IMG/VR virus record: IMGVR_UViG_3300025383_000009
From: a virus
Taxonomy: Duplodnaviria; Caudoviricetes
DNA length: 64,000 nt
Direction: 5' to 3' (one strand)
Part shown: piece after piece, positions 36,403 to 45,751 of the stretch
Layout of the letters: every line of letters begins with the position of its first letter
Position numbering within the stretch: position 1 is the first letter of the stretch
Translations under genes and position numbers: made by a program
Notes under the pieces: generated by a model
What the model was told of the DNA's origin: nothing
Seen by the model: only the letters and a program-made list of their open reading frames with translations
Database searches by the model: none

Positions 36403-37584
36403 ATGATAACATTCAAGACGTTTTTAAAAGAAGAATACGAGCCATCACCAGAAGGCAAACTTAAGCACATTCATCATGCTGAAGACAGGCCTTTATTACA
36501 TGGTGGCAAAGGTTTTACTCACGCCTTCAATGCATTAAATCAAGCGCACGAACACATAAAATCTGGCGGTCACAGTTCAGCATTAACAATGAAATATGAT
36601 GGTTCGCCTGCTGTTGTTTTTGGTCATCATCCAGAAACAGGTAAATTCTTTGTAGCATCCAAATCAGCATTCAATAAAAATCCAAAGTTGAATTATACCC
36701 ATAAGGATATAGAAAAGAATCACGGCCATGCGCCTGGTCTTATGGACAAACTCCATGACGCTTTAAATCATCTCAAAAAAGTATCACCTAAAACAGGCGT
36801 TTATCAAGGTGATATGATGTTTGGTTCAACTGATAAAAAAGAAACTAAAAACGGTGTTTCTTTCACTCCTAATACCATTACATATACAGGAAAAGGTGAA
36901 GAAGCAAATAAGATTAGAAAATCTAAAATGGGTGTTATTGTTCACACACAATATCATGGTGACAATATTGCTTCAATGAAAGCAGACCCACATCCAGATT
37001 TACATAACTTCGCACAACATCCAGATGTATGGCACAAATCAGCCAATCACGATACTAAACAAGTCCATTATTCAGAAAATGACCAAAAAGAATTTAATTC
37101 TCATATGGCCGCAGCAAAAGCAATACATGATGAACATAAATCAACAATGTATAAAGCTACACAACCACATCAAGGAGATGCTGGGCATTTAGCAACATAT
37201 ATAAATCATACAGTCAGAACAGGTGAAACTCCATCTGCTGAAGGACTTAAAAAGCATATAGCTAGTAAGTATAAAAAAGAGATTGATAAGTTAAAAACAC
37301 CAGCAGCACAATCTCGTAAAGCAAGTGAAGCTAATAAGCATGCAGACCATATAGATAACAATAAAGAACACTATAATAATTTGTTGAAAATGCATCATCA
37401 TTTACAGCAAGCAAAAGATATATTAGTTAATAATTTAAACCAACATGAGGGCGGTTTAGAACACCATATTGGTAAAAAGAGAACAAATCCAGAAGGGTTT
37501 GTTATCAATCATGCTGGTGAACCAACAAAATTAGTTAATAGAGCAGAATTTAGTAAAGCCAACCTTTTAAAAGTGAGAAAATGA
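36403..37584 (+). CDS. His-rich ligase-superfamily-like protein (DUF6267-like)
   Basis: TMKYDGSPA (KxDG motif I), FFVASKS, YQGDMMF, EGFV; CTS-like N-terminus. Confidence 0.6.
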   Translation: MITFKTFLKEEYEPSPEGKLKHIHHAEDRPLLHGGKGFTHAFNALNQAHEHIKSGGHSSALTMKYDGSPAVVFGHHPETGKFFVASKSAFNKNPKLNYTHKDIEKNHGHAPGLMDKLHDALNHLKKVSPKTGVYQGDMMFGSTDKKETKNGVSFTPNTITYTGKGEEANKIRKSKMGVIVHTQYHGDNIASMKADPHPDLHNFAQHPDVWHKSANHDTKQVHYSENDQKEFNSHMAAAKAIHDEHKSTMYKATQPHQGDAGHLATYINHTVRTGETPSAEGLKKHIASKYKKEIDKLKTPAAQSRKASEANKHADHIDNNKEHYNNLLKMHHHLQQAKDILVNNLNQHEGGLEHHIGKKRTNPEGFVINHAGEPTKLVNRAEFSKANLLKVRK

Positions 37585-39497
37585 AGACCTTTTTAGAATT
37601 AGTAGAAGAAAAACAATCGACACATAAACCTGTGGTGGTAGGTTTTGGTCGTATGAATCCTCCTACATCAGGTCATCTAAAACTTATTGATAAGGTTAGA
37701 GAAATAGCAGATAAAAACAAAGCTAAACATAAAGTTATTGTTACTCATACACAAGATTCAAAAAGAAATCCATTATCAGGCCAACAAAAACTTAAACATT
37801 TAAAAAGATATTCACCTGGTACTAATTTTGAAACATCTTCAAAAGACCATCCAACTATATTACATCATGCTGCTAAATTGCATGCTCAAGGACACGACCA
37901 TTTGATTATGGTTGCTGGTTCTGATAGAGTTAAAGAATATCAGGACTTATTACACAAATACAATGGTAAAGAAGGACAACACGGTTACTTCAATTTCAAA
38001 AAGATAGAAGTTAAGTCAGCAGGCCATCGTGATCCAGATTCGGAAGGTGCAGAAGGTATGTCTGGTACAAAGATGAGAGAACACGCTAAGAACAATGATT
38101 TCTCATCATTTAGACAAGGTGTTCCATCTCATGTTCCTGACCATCACGCTAGAGAATTAATGAAAGATGTTCGTAGAGGCATGGGTCTTAATGAACAATT
38201 CGATAGAGGTATGTTTAAAGCAATATTTGTGACTGGTGGTCCAGGTTCAGGTAAAGATATTGTTATTCGTGAAGCTATTGCTGAATCAAAGATTACTGAA
38301 TTAAACTTTACACAAGTGGTAGATATTCTTAACGATAAACAAAAACTTGCTATGAAATCAATGAATCCTAGAAATGAAGCAGTCAGAACAAGAGGTCCAT
38401 TAATTATCAACGGTCCAGCTGATGATTTAGAAAAAATCAATCATATCAAAGAAGAATTAGAAGAACTTGGTTACGAAACCATGATGATTTTTGTCAATAC
38501 AACTAACGAAGTATCTAAAGAAAGAAATACTTTACTATCCAGAATGATGGTTGAATCTATTAGACAGGATAAGTGGAGTAAATCTCAAGAAAATACTAAA
38601 TATTTCATTGAGGCATTTAACAACTTTGTTGCCTTTGATAATACAGGTTATATTGATACAAAAGAAGAAGATATCAATGACATCTATCAATCAACAAAGA
38701 TATTTTTAGATGCTAAGGCGATAAACGAAACAGTTGATGATTGGTATTTGAGAAACATTAACTTGAATGAAAAAGTTAATGAATTATTCAATGAAAAAGA
38801 TGCCAAAGGTATTCAACTTAAAACTGTAGGTAAATATAATGCTTTCTATAAAGCAAAAGGTCCTGCAGATATTAAAAGAGATAATCGCACAAGTAGATTT
38901 AGTGTTACAAGTGACAATACACTAAAAGGTGACCAAATTAAAGGTAATGTATTACCTAGAAAAGACCCAAACGGTCAAGGTCATTCGGGTGGTTCTTGGT
39001 CTGGTGCTTATAATGAAGCAGCACCAACATTAACTTGGAATAAACCACCAAAAGAACCAAACTTTAATTATGACAATGATAAGAACAAGAAGTTAAAAAG
39101 AGGTAATAGTTCATTAAGTGCTGGTCGAGTGACTCAACCACCAGGCTTAGGAAGAACATACGATACAAGAGCAGGTGGTCAAGGTGCCGCAGCAGGTGCC
39201 GGACTTGGCGACCAAACATATAGCGAAGATAGAGAATATAGTAACGCAAGTCAGAACGGTACAGCAATGCTAGGTGCTAAATTAGAACCTAATCCATTAG
39301 CAGAAAAGAAACCGTTTAATAAATTTAGAAAAAGCATTAAAGAGTTTAATGGCTTTCAAAATGATGTAGAATCTGGTGTTGGTGGTGTCTTGGGCGGTTC
39401 AGACAATAAAGAACGTATGGACAGTTATAAAGACCCTATTAGACATATACAAAATGACTATTCATTAAAGAAGAAGAAGAAAAATGCTAAAATTTAA
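37581..39497 (+). CDS. HxGH nucleotidyltransferase fused to P-loop kinase-like domain
   Basis: GRMNPPTSGHLKL, VAGSDRV, SAG.RDPD, MSGTKMR; then FVTGGPGSGKD. Confidence 0.75.
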   Translation: MKTFLELVEEKQSTHKPVVVGFGRMNPPTSGHLKLIDKVREIADKNKAKHKVIVTHTQDSKRNPLSGQQKLKHLKRYSPGTNFETSSKDHPTILHHAAKLHAQGHDHLIMVAGSDRVKEYQDLLHKYNGKEGQHGYFNFKKIEVKSAGHRDPDSEGAEGMSGTKMREHAKNNDFSSFRQGVPSHVPDHHARELMKDVRRGMGLNEQFDRGMFKAIFVTGGPGSGKDIVIREAIAESKITELNFTQVVDILNDKQKLAMKSMNPRNEAVRTRGPLIINGPADDLEKINHIKEELEELGYETMMIFVNTTNEVSKERNTLLSRMMVESIRQDKWSKSQENTKYFIEAFNNFVAFDNTGYIDTKEEDINDIYQSTKIFLDAKAINETVDDWYLRNINLNEKVNELFNEKDAKGIQLKTVGKYNAFYKAKGPADIKRDNRTSRFSVTSDNTLKGDQIKGNVLPRKDPNGQGHSGGSWSGAYNEAAPTLTWNKPPKEPNFNYDNDKNKKLKRGNSSLSAGRVTQPPGLGRTYDTRAGGQGAAAGAGLGDQTYSEDREYSNASQNGTAMLGAKLEPNPLAEKKPFNKFRKSIKEFNGFQNDVESGVGGVLGGSDNKERMDSYKDPIRHIQNDYSLKKKKKNAKI

Positions 39498-40179
39498 ACA
39501 ATATCTTGACGAAGTTAAGAAACCTACAGGTGCCTTAAAAAAGGCTTGTTGGAAAGGTTATACAGCAATTGGTACTAAACAAAAGAATGGTAGAACAGTA
39601 CCAAACTGTGTACCTGAAGAAGTAGAACAAGTAAATGAAATAGACAAAGAAACAGTTAAGAGATATTTGGATAAAGTTACAACAGACCAATTAAAAAAGA
39701 CTGGCTATCAACCTGATATGTATGGTAAATTAGTACCAAAAAGACAAAAAGGTGTTGATAACGCATTTAAGAGATTACAAGTTAAGCCTACAACAGAAGA
39801 ACTTGAAGAATTGTTTGATATTTTAGAAGAAGTAGTTGATGGCATCGCAGAAGAAAGTAATATTGATCCAGATATTCTTTGGGAAAATCTTGAAGATGTT
39901 TCAGATGAAGAACTATACGAAACTGCCGCTTGGCGCAGAAAAGAAGGTAAAAGTCCTACAGGTGGTTTAAATGCAAAAGGAATTGCTTCTTATCGTAGAG
40001 AGAATCCAGGATCTAAATTAAAAAAGGCCGTTACAGGCAAAGTAAAACCAGGAAGTAAAGCCGCTAAACGCAGAAAATCATTCTGTGCTAGAATGGGTGG
40101 AATGCCTGGACCAATGAAAAAACCAGATGGTAAACCAACAAGAAAAGCACTCGCATTACGCAAGTGGAAATGCAGATAA
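39484..40179 (+). CDS. Putative internal head protein
   Basis: CTS-like MLKFKQYLDE, CWKGY..VPNCVP, EEVEQVNE, AAWRRKEGK..GGLNAKG, RRKSFCARM. Confidence 0.6.
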   Translation: MLKFKQYLDEVKKPTGALKKACWKGYTAIGTKQKNGRTVPNCVPEEVEQVNEIDKETVKRYLDKVTTDQLKKTGYQPDMYGKLVPKRQKGVDNAFKRLQVKPTTEELEELFDILEEVVDGIAEESNIDPDILWENLEDVSDEELYETAAWRRKEGKSPTGGLNAKGIASYRRENPGSKLKKAVTGKVKPGSKAAKRRKSFCARMGGMPGPMKKPDGKPTRKALALRKWKCR

Positions 40180-40192
40180 AGGAGAAATAAAA

Positions 40193-42214
40193 ATGTTTCA
40201 AAAAGATAAAGTAACCCAATCAATGATTGATGCCGTTAACCAAGTATTAGGAGAGGCTAAAGTTGAACCAGCTAAACCTGATCCAGAGGCTATTGCTCGT
40301 AAAAAGAAACTAGACGCATTACGAGATAAACAAGATGCTGAAAAGGCAGAAAAAGGACATTCTCCATCTGCTACCCGTAAGGTTGCTGGTCATGCTTACG
40401 GTGGTGCTAAACAAAAAGATGATGAAATGGATGAAGAAGTTAAATTAGATGAAGCTGAAATGGATGAATCTGGCTTACGCATGGCTGCACATGCTGCTCA
40501 CAAAGCAGGCCAATCACATTTTGAATTCAAAGGCAAAAAATATCCAGTTAAGGTTACAGAAGATGGTAAAGTTGATTGTGACTATGCTAAAGTTAAAGAT
40601 ATTGCTAGAAAAGAAGTTAAGGGTCATGAAAAATCAATGCATAAAGAAGAATTATCTTTTGCTAAGAAATTAAAATCAATGTTAGAAGCAAAAGGTCCTT
40701 TAGCAGGTGCTCCTGACGTATTCACCGATAACAATCTTGGTGAAGAAGAAATGTCTGATGCTCAAATGAAGAAAAGAGAAAAAATTGTAATGAGCATGAA
40801 AGATAAAACTGCTCAGTTTAAAGCAAAGTATGGTAAAAATTGGAAAAATGTAATGTATGCTACTGCTACTAAGCAAGCGATGAAAGAAGATGCAGACATT
40901 ACTAAACCTAATACAGAAAATAAAGGTGAAACAAAAGAAAGACAAAAGATTACTACTAATCCAGGTCCTGTAGATATCAAAACAGATGACAAATTAGGTA
41001 AACCTACTCCACAAGCTTATTTCACATCTAAAGAATTAGAGCAAGTAACACAAGAAGAAGTTATGGGTGAATTAAAACATTTACGCCATAAAGAAAAAGG
41101 AGAGCATAAAAAGAGAGTGTCTGATTTTAAAAAACATCACGACAAACATCAAGTAGATGATGGATGTGACCATTATCAAGAAGATATTGAATTTGATTTA
41201 ATCGATGAAGGTAAAGATGATGGTGATTATACTCATGTTGCTCACTACGAAGACAATGATGGTAACTGGATGGCTAAATTATTAATCGATGCTGAACATG
41301 ACGGTCATGCTATTGAAACAGCAAACAAAGCTATGGGTAAAGGTCCATTTGCTGGTTTAAGAGTTCGTAAGATTGAACGAGTAATGAAAGTTCATGACGG
41401 TAGAATGCAAGAAGAAGTAGAACAACTTGATGAGTTGGATCCAAAAACTTTAGCATCATATGCTAAGAAAGCCTCTCATGATGCTCGTATTAAACAAACA
41501 GTAGCTAGAGATTTTCTTGCTAAATCTAATACAGCTAGAAGTCCAAGAAAAAAAGAAACATGGTCTAGTCTTTCTAAAAAGTACCAAAGTGGTGCATGGA
41601 AAAGAGAAAAAGGCCATGATTTAGCTATTGATAAGTTAGCTAAAGAAGATGTAGAATATATTGATGAAGGCAAGATGAAAGATATCTACACTTCAATGAT
41701 GATGCATGCTGATAAAAAAGGTTATAAGAGCCATAAAGAATTTACACCAGCTGATTATACTGCTGTAGGTAAAGAACATGGTATTTCAGGTAAAGATTTA
41801 GCAGTAATTGCTGGTCATAAAACAGCATCACAAGTTGCTAAAGAAGAAACTGAAGTTGAAATCAATGAAGGCAAAATGAAAGATATCTACACTTCAATGA
41901 TGAACCATGCTGATAAAAAAGGATACAAAAGTCATAAAGAATTTACTTCAGCAGACTACAATGCAGTAGGCAAAGAACATGGCATTTCAGGTAAAGATTT
42001 AGCAGTTATTGCTGGTCATAAAACAGCATCACAAGTTGCTAAAGAAGAAGCAGAAGGTTCATGGCAAAAAGAATCACCATGGAAAAAATCACCTGGTACT
42101 GTAACAGATAAGTCTGGTGCTAAACATACACCAATGTCTAGAGTTAAAGATATTGCTAAACAAGCACTAAAAAAAGTAAAACAAGAAACAATGATGGGTA
42201 AAATTTCTAACTAA
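40193..42214 (+). CDS. Modular putative internal head polyprotein
   Basis: Modules separated by EEVKLDE, EDIEFDLIDE, EEVEQLDE, EDVEYIDE, EETEVEINE. Confidence 0.6.
   Translation: MFQKDKVTQSMIDAVNQVLGEAKVEPAKPDPEAIARKKKLDALRDKQDAEKAEKGHSPSATRKVAGHAYGGAKQKDDEMDEEVKLDEAEMDESGLRMAAHAAHKAGQSHFEFKGKKYPVKVTEDGKVDCDYAKVKDIARKEVKGHEKSMHKEELSFAKKLKSMLEAKGPLAGAPDVFTDNNLGEEEMSDAQMKKREKIVMSMKDKTAQFKAKYGKNWKNVMYATATKQAMKEDADITKPNTENKGETKERQKITTNPGPVDIKTDDKLGKPTPQAYFTSKELEQVTQEEVMGELKHLRHKEKGEHKKRVSDFKKHHDKHQVDDGCDHYQEDIEFDLIDEGKDDGDYTHVAHYEDNDGNWMAKLLIDAEHDGHAIETANKAMGKGPFAGLRVRKIERVMKVHDGRMQEEVEQLDELDPKTLASYAKKASHDARIKQTVARDFLAKSNTARSPRKKETWSSLSKKYQSGAWKREKGHDLAIDKLAKEDVEYIDEGKMKDIYTSMMMHADKKGYKSHKEFTPADYTAVGKEHGISGKDLAVIAGHKTASQVAKEETEVEINEGKMKDIYTSMMNHADKKGYKSHKEFTSADYNAVGKEHGISGKDLAVIAGHKTASQVAKEEAEGSWQKESPWKKSPGTVTDKSGAKHTPMSRVKDIAKQALKKVKQETMMGKISN
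41666..42049 (+). repeat. In-frame tandem duplication of a 61 aa module (period 201 nt)
   Basis: EGKMKDIYTSMM.HADKKGYKSHKEFT.ADY.AVGKEHGISGKDLAVIAGHKTASQVAKEE twice, with synonymous differences. Confidence 0.95.
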
Positions 42215-42224
42215 AGAGAACAAC

Positions 42225-43424
42225 ATGGCTAAAACACTAAAAGATGTAATTAAAAAGAATATTGCACCAGCAAGCAGATTTGGAAAAAATCCATCTGATC
42301 CTTGGTCAGTAAAATCTAATATCAATGAAACAGCTATGCTAGATAAATTCTTATCATCTAGAGGAATTAATCCTAAATTTGCTGCCGTTGATACAAAAGA
42401 TGCTTATGCTAAATCTAATGAATTTAAGAAATGGTTAAGAGACCATCAATCAGGCACTCAAATGGAAGATATGACAACTAGCCGATATGCTGGTGATGCT
42501 CGTTCTAAAGATGTTCATTCACCTACAGCACAAAGAGAAAAAGATTTAGAAAAGGTTAGTAAACATCACGAAATTAAACCTGTTCATACAAATTCATCAA
42601 AGGTTGTTACTATGAAAAAACCAACAAGTGAAGCAGCTCATCCTGATGAAAAGACCACAGATATGCTTCGTGGTCGTGTCAAAGGTGGTAAACCAAACGA
42701 GTTTAAGAGTTATAAGATTAGAATTTCTAAAGAAGAAGTTGAATACACTACAGAAATAGCAGCTTCAGTAATGGCTTCAAAATTAAATAAAGACGCAGAT
42801 GAAAATCGCACTAGCATTGATGCTGAAGAATTGACTACAGACACTTTAGCTGGTAGAGTTAAAGGCGGTAAAGCTAATGCTGTATTATCATATAAAATTA
42901 GATTATCTCATGCTAAAGGTGAAGATGCTGATACTTTAGATGTAACAAAAGAACCAGAAGATTCTAGTTTTCCACACAGAGAACAGTTTGAAATACAAGA
43001 AGACTTAATAGGTGATACAAAATCAGCAACAATTTCACCAGCAGATGGAGCAAACGGTGGCGCAGAATCTGTTACAAAAAAATTATCTAGAAAAGCTCAA
43101 TTAATTTTAGGTGTAGTTAAAAAAAGAGCTATGAAAGAAGATATGCATGATTGGGAAAAAGAAGATAAATCTGTAGCATCTTATGGTAAAAAACCTAAAT
43201 TTGAAAAGCAAGAAGATAAGAATGCAGAAAATAATAATGGTGAAAAGAAATCTGAAGCTGCAGGCACATTATCTGGCGGTACTACACTAACAGGTGAGAA
43301 AAGAGATACAGTAGAACTTGATCCATTGATGAGAAGTCGTCCTAATCAACCAGATCCAACAAAGAAGAAAGACGACAAAAAAGATGACAAGAAAGACAAG
43401 CCTAAAGAAGCACCAAGAGGCTAG
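42225..43424 (+). CDS. Putative internal/virion protein with internal repeat
   Basis: TTDMLRGRVKGGK..FKSYKI and TTDTLAGRVKGGK..VLSYKI; NINE and EEVEYTTE motifs. Confidence 0.6.
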   Translation: MAKTLKDVIKKNIAPASRFGKNPSDPWSVKSNINETAMLDKFLSSRGINPKFAAVDTKDAYAKSNEFKKWLRDHQSGTQMEDMTTSRYAGDARSKDVHSPTAQREKDLEKVSKHHEIKPVHTNSSKVVTMKKPTSEAAHPDEKTTDMLRGRVKGGKPNEFKSYKIRISKEEVEYTTEIAASVMASKLNKDADENRTSIDAEELTTDTLAGRVKGGKANAVLSYKIRLSHAKGEDADTLDVTKEPEDSSFPHREQFEIQEDLIGDTKSATISPADGANGGAESVTKKLSRKAQLILGVVKKRAMKEDMHDWEKEDKSVASYGKKPKFEKQEDKNAENNNGEKKSEAAGTLSGGTTLTGEKRDTVELDPLMRSRPNQPDPTKKKDDKKDDKKDKPKEAPRG

Positions 43425-43428
43425 ATTA

Positions 43429-43436
43429 GATAAATA
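43429..43436 (+). promoter_or_regulatory. Late promoter variant GATAAATA
   Basis: 38 nt before ATG at 43475. Confidence 0.5.
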
Positions 43437-43474
43437 CTTAACATAACTAACCCGAGGTTAAAAGGAGAAAAGAA

Positions 43475-44098
43475 ATGCCAACATGGGGAAATACCGATAC
43501 TGGTAATCAAAAACCAAAGTTTGACTATTTACGTCAAACAAGAGAAGTTTTACAATTTATAGTTTCATCTGGTAATACAGCAGGAAATAACGTAATTAGA
43601 GTTAGTTACAACGATGGCGCACAAAACAATGTAGCCAATGCTGGTGTAACTTCAGGTCAATATGTTTATTTCATGGCAAACGGATTTGCACTACCTGGCG
43701 GCACAGCAGGTAATGGTTATCCAGGTTTCTTTGCATCAAATACAACAGTAGCATCAGTTAGTGGTAACACAATTACATTAACACAAAACTTATTCAATAC
43801 AGTAAACGTAGGTTTTGGTGTTGAATTTGACAATGCTATCAATTATGGAACAACAGCAGGTGCAAATACTTATTTCCTAGATACTATTTTAGTTACAGCA
43901 TCTCGCACAGCAAATGGTAATAACGCAATTGCAAACGTAGGTAATATGACTGCTGGTTGGGTTCATATTCAAAAGAAAGTGAACAGCGACGGTACAGTTC
44001 GTTACTTAAAAGAAACATTAGTTGCTTTAGCGAATGCTACTGCTTCAAATACAAGTTCAGGTAACACAAGCTTTGGTTCTATTGTAACTGGTTTATAA
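43475..44098 (+). CDS. Putative virion structural protein
   Basis: MPTWGNTD start, rich in G/N/T/A, AGWVH ... ETLVAL C-terminus typical of T4-like head appendage proteins. Confidence 0.55.
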   Translation: MPTWGNTDTGNQKPKFDYLRQTREVLQFIVSSGNTAGNNVIRVSYNDGAQNNVANAGVTSGQYVYFMANGFALPGGTAGNGYPGFFASNTTVASVSGNTITLTQNLFNTVNVGFGVEFDNAINYGTTAGANTYFLDTILVTASRTANGNNAIANVGNMTAGWVHIQKKVNSDGTVRYLKETLVALANATASNTSSGNTSFGSIVTGL

Positions 44099-44580
44099 TG
44101 ATTAAGTTTCATGATTTCGTTGTTGAGGAATTAAATTTTCCTGTAATAACTCTTGATAAAGAGAAAGTAGACCTTGATAAGGAATCTACTCGCAACGAAA
44201 TCAATAGAAACCTATCATCTGAATTAGTTACTAATTTTATTAATCCTTATGCTGGCTGGTTAAAAGTTGGAAAAGTATTAACACTCTATAACATTACATT
44301 ACCTAAGGTAATATTTAAAAATGATATAGAAGGCGAAGAAGTTGTTGCTATAACACAATTTGGTGCAGACCTTTCGGGTAAGGAATCTGCACCACAATTG
44401 CCTTATGAAGAAGAATATTATTTGTATTATAGTTATGAAGTTGTTGAATCTGGTTTATATGAAGCTTATGCTGTTATTGTAAACGGTGATGAATTAGAAA
44501 ATATGCTTGAAGCTGATGACGAAGATGATGATGACATTGACGTTTTAGGACCTAAAAGCGAATTAGATTATAGAAAATAG
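44098..44580 (+). CDS. Acidic protein with CTS-like N-terminus
   Basis: MIKFHDFVVEE. Confidence 0.6.
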   Translation: MIKFHDFVVEELNFPVITLDKEKVDLDKESTRNEINRNLSSELVTNFINPYAGWLKVGKVLTLYNITLPKVIFKNDIEGEEVVAITQFGADLSGKESAPQLPYEEEYYLYYSYEVVESGLYEAYAVIVNGDELENMLEADDEDDDDIDVLGPKSELDYRK

Positions 44581-44592
44581 TTAAATTATATT

Positions 44593-44979
44593 ATGATTGA
44601 TAATTTGACAGAAGAAAACTTTTTGATATATGCTATGAAGTGCTATAATGCACCTAATTACATTATGTCAGAATTTGAAGGAGATATTAAGAGAACAAAA
44701 TATCTTAAACGATTATTTCGTAGATATAAAACCAATAAATCTCTTAAAGAACGATTAATTCTAAATCATATTATTTTGTTGAATAATGTTTTTGGTCCAA
44801 AAGTGACCGCAAGAATATTATTCTACAAGATAGATGAACGAGATTATGATATATTGAAAACATTTTTATTGTATGTAAATATATTACCAGACTTAATAGA
44901 AGGTATTAATGGCAAATCAATTAATACATCTGAAATACCTGTAGACATGACTGTTGCTGAAAAATTAAGGAATCTATGA
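44593..44979 (+). CDS. Conserved T4-like hypothetical
   Basis: LTEENF..YAMK.Y, EF..D.KR.KY.KRLF.RY, ERLILNHII.L.NVFG. Confidence 0.75.
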   Translation: MIDNLTEENFLIYAMKCYNAPNYIMSEFEGDIKRTKYLKRLFRRYKTNKSLKERLILNHIILLNNVFGPKVTARILFYKIDERDYDILKTFLLYVNILPDLIEGINGKSINTSEIPVDMTVAEKLRNL

Positions 44980-45167
44980 AATCATTTAAAGAATATATCA
45001 AAGAAATGGGTGCAGGTGCTGTAGGTAGTGCTGGTCCAACTAATGTAGTTGGCGGTGGTGCAATTGCAGGTACAGGCGGTAAAGGCGGAGAACCTGGCGT
45101 TGATTTAAGAAAAAGGAAAAGAAATACACATAATCCAGTTATGATGGGTATTGGTAGAAGGAAATAA
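44976..45167 (+). CDS. Small Gly-rich protein with CTS-like N-terminus
   Basis: MKSFKEYIKE then PTNVVGGGAIAG. Confidence 0.65.
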   Translation: MKSFKEYIKEMGAGAVGSAGPTNVVGGGAIAGTGGKGGEPGVDLRKRKRNTHNPVMMGIGRRK

Positions 45168-45169
45168 TT

Positions 45170-45751
45170 ATGTTCTTTCCTGAGTTTCTATCATATAATT
45201 GGATATTAGGTTACATACCTACTTGGGTTCCTATAGCAATTATTTGTTTTGGTGTCTTTCTAGCTATTCTAGAAATGACTTTTGAAATGTTGCAACTTAT
45301 TCCTTACGGTTATAGGTTGCCTTTAAGAATAATCACTATTGTGATTCTTGCTCACGGTATCTATATAAAAGGACGCCAAGATGCAATTGTTCATGCTGAA
45401 GAAGAATTGAAGAAAACTGTAGCTGAACAAAAAGATGTAACTAATAAGGTACAACAAGATTTTACTAGACAACTTAATGATGTGAGAGCTAAAAATGAAG
45501 CACTTAAAAAAACTATTAATACCAAAGACGATACTATGTGTGATTTGCCTAAGTCTTTTGTCGAGTTGCACGACAGCGCTGCTAAAGGCACCGTTCCCGA
45601 CACCTCCAAAAGAATTGATGGTACCTCCTCCGGAGTTGCACTCTCTACAGCAGAACAAACAGTAGTAGAAAATTATAGTTTATATAATCAAATAGCAGAA
45701 CAATTAAAAGCTTTACAATATTGGGTAGATGAACAAAGGAAATTACACTAA
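45170..45751 (+). CDS. Rz-like spanin
   Basis: N-terminal TMs, coiled coil, C.LP.SFV.LHD.AA and QL.ALQ.W; upstream of endolysin. Confidence 0.6.
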   Translation: MFFPEFLSYNWILGYIPTWVPIAIICFGVFLAILEMTFEMLQLIPYGYRLPLRIITIVILAHGIYIKGRQDAIVHAEEELKKTVAEQKDVTNKVQQDFTRQLNDVRAKNEALKKTINTKDDTMCDLPKSFVELHDSAAKGTVPDTSKRIDGTSSGVALSTAEQTVVENYSLYNQIAEQLKALQYWVDEQRKLH

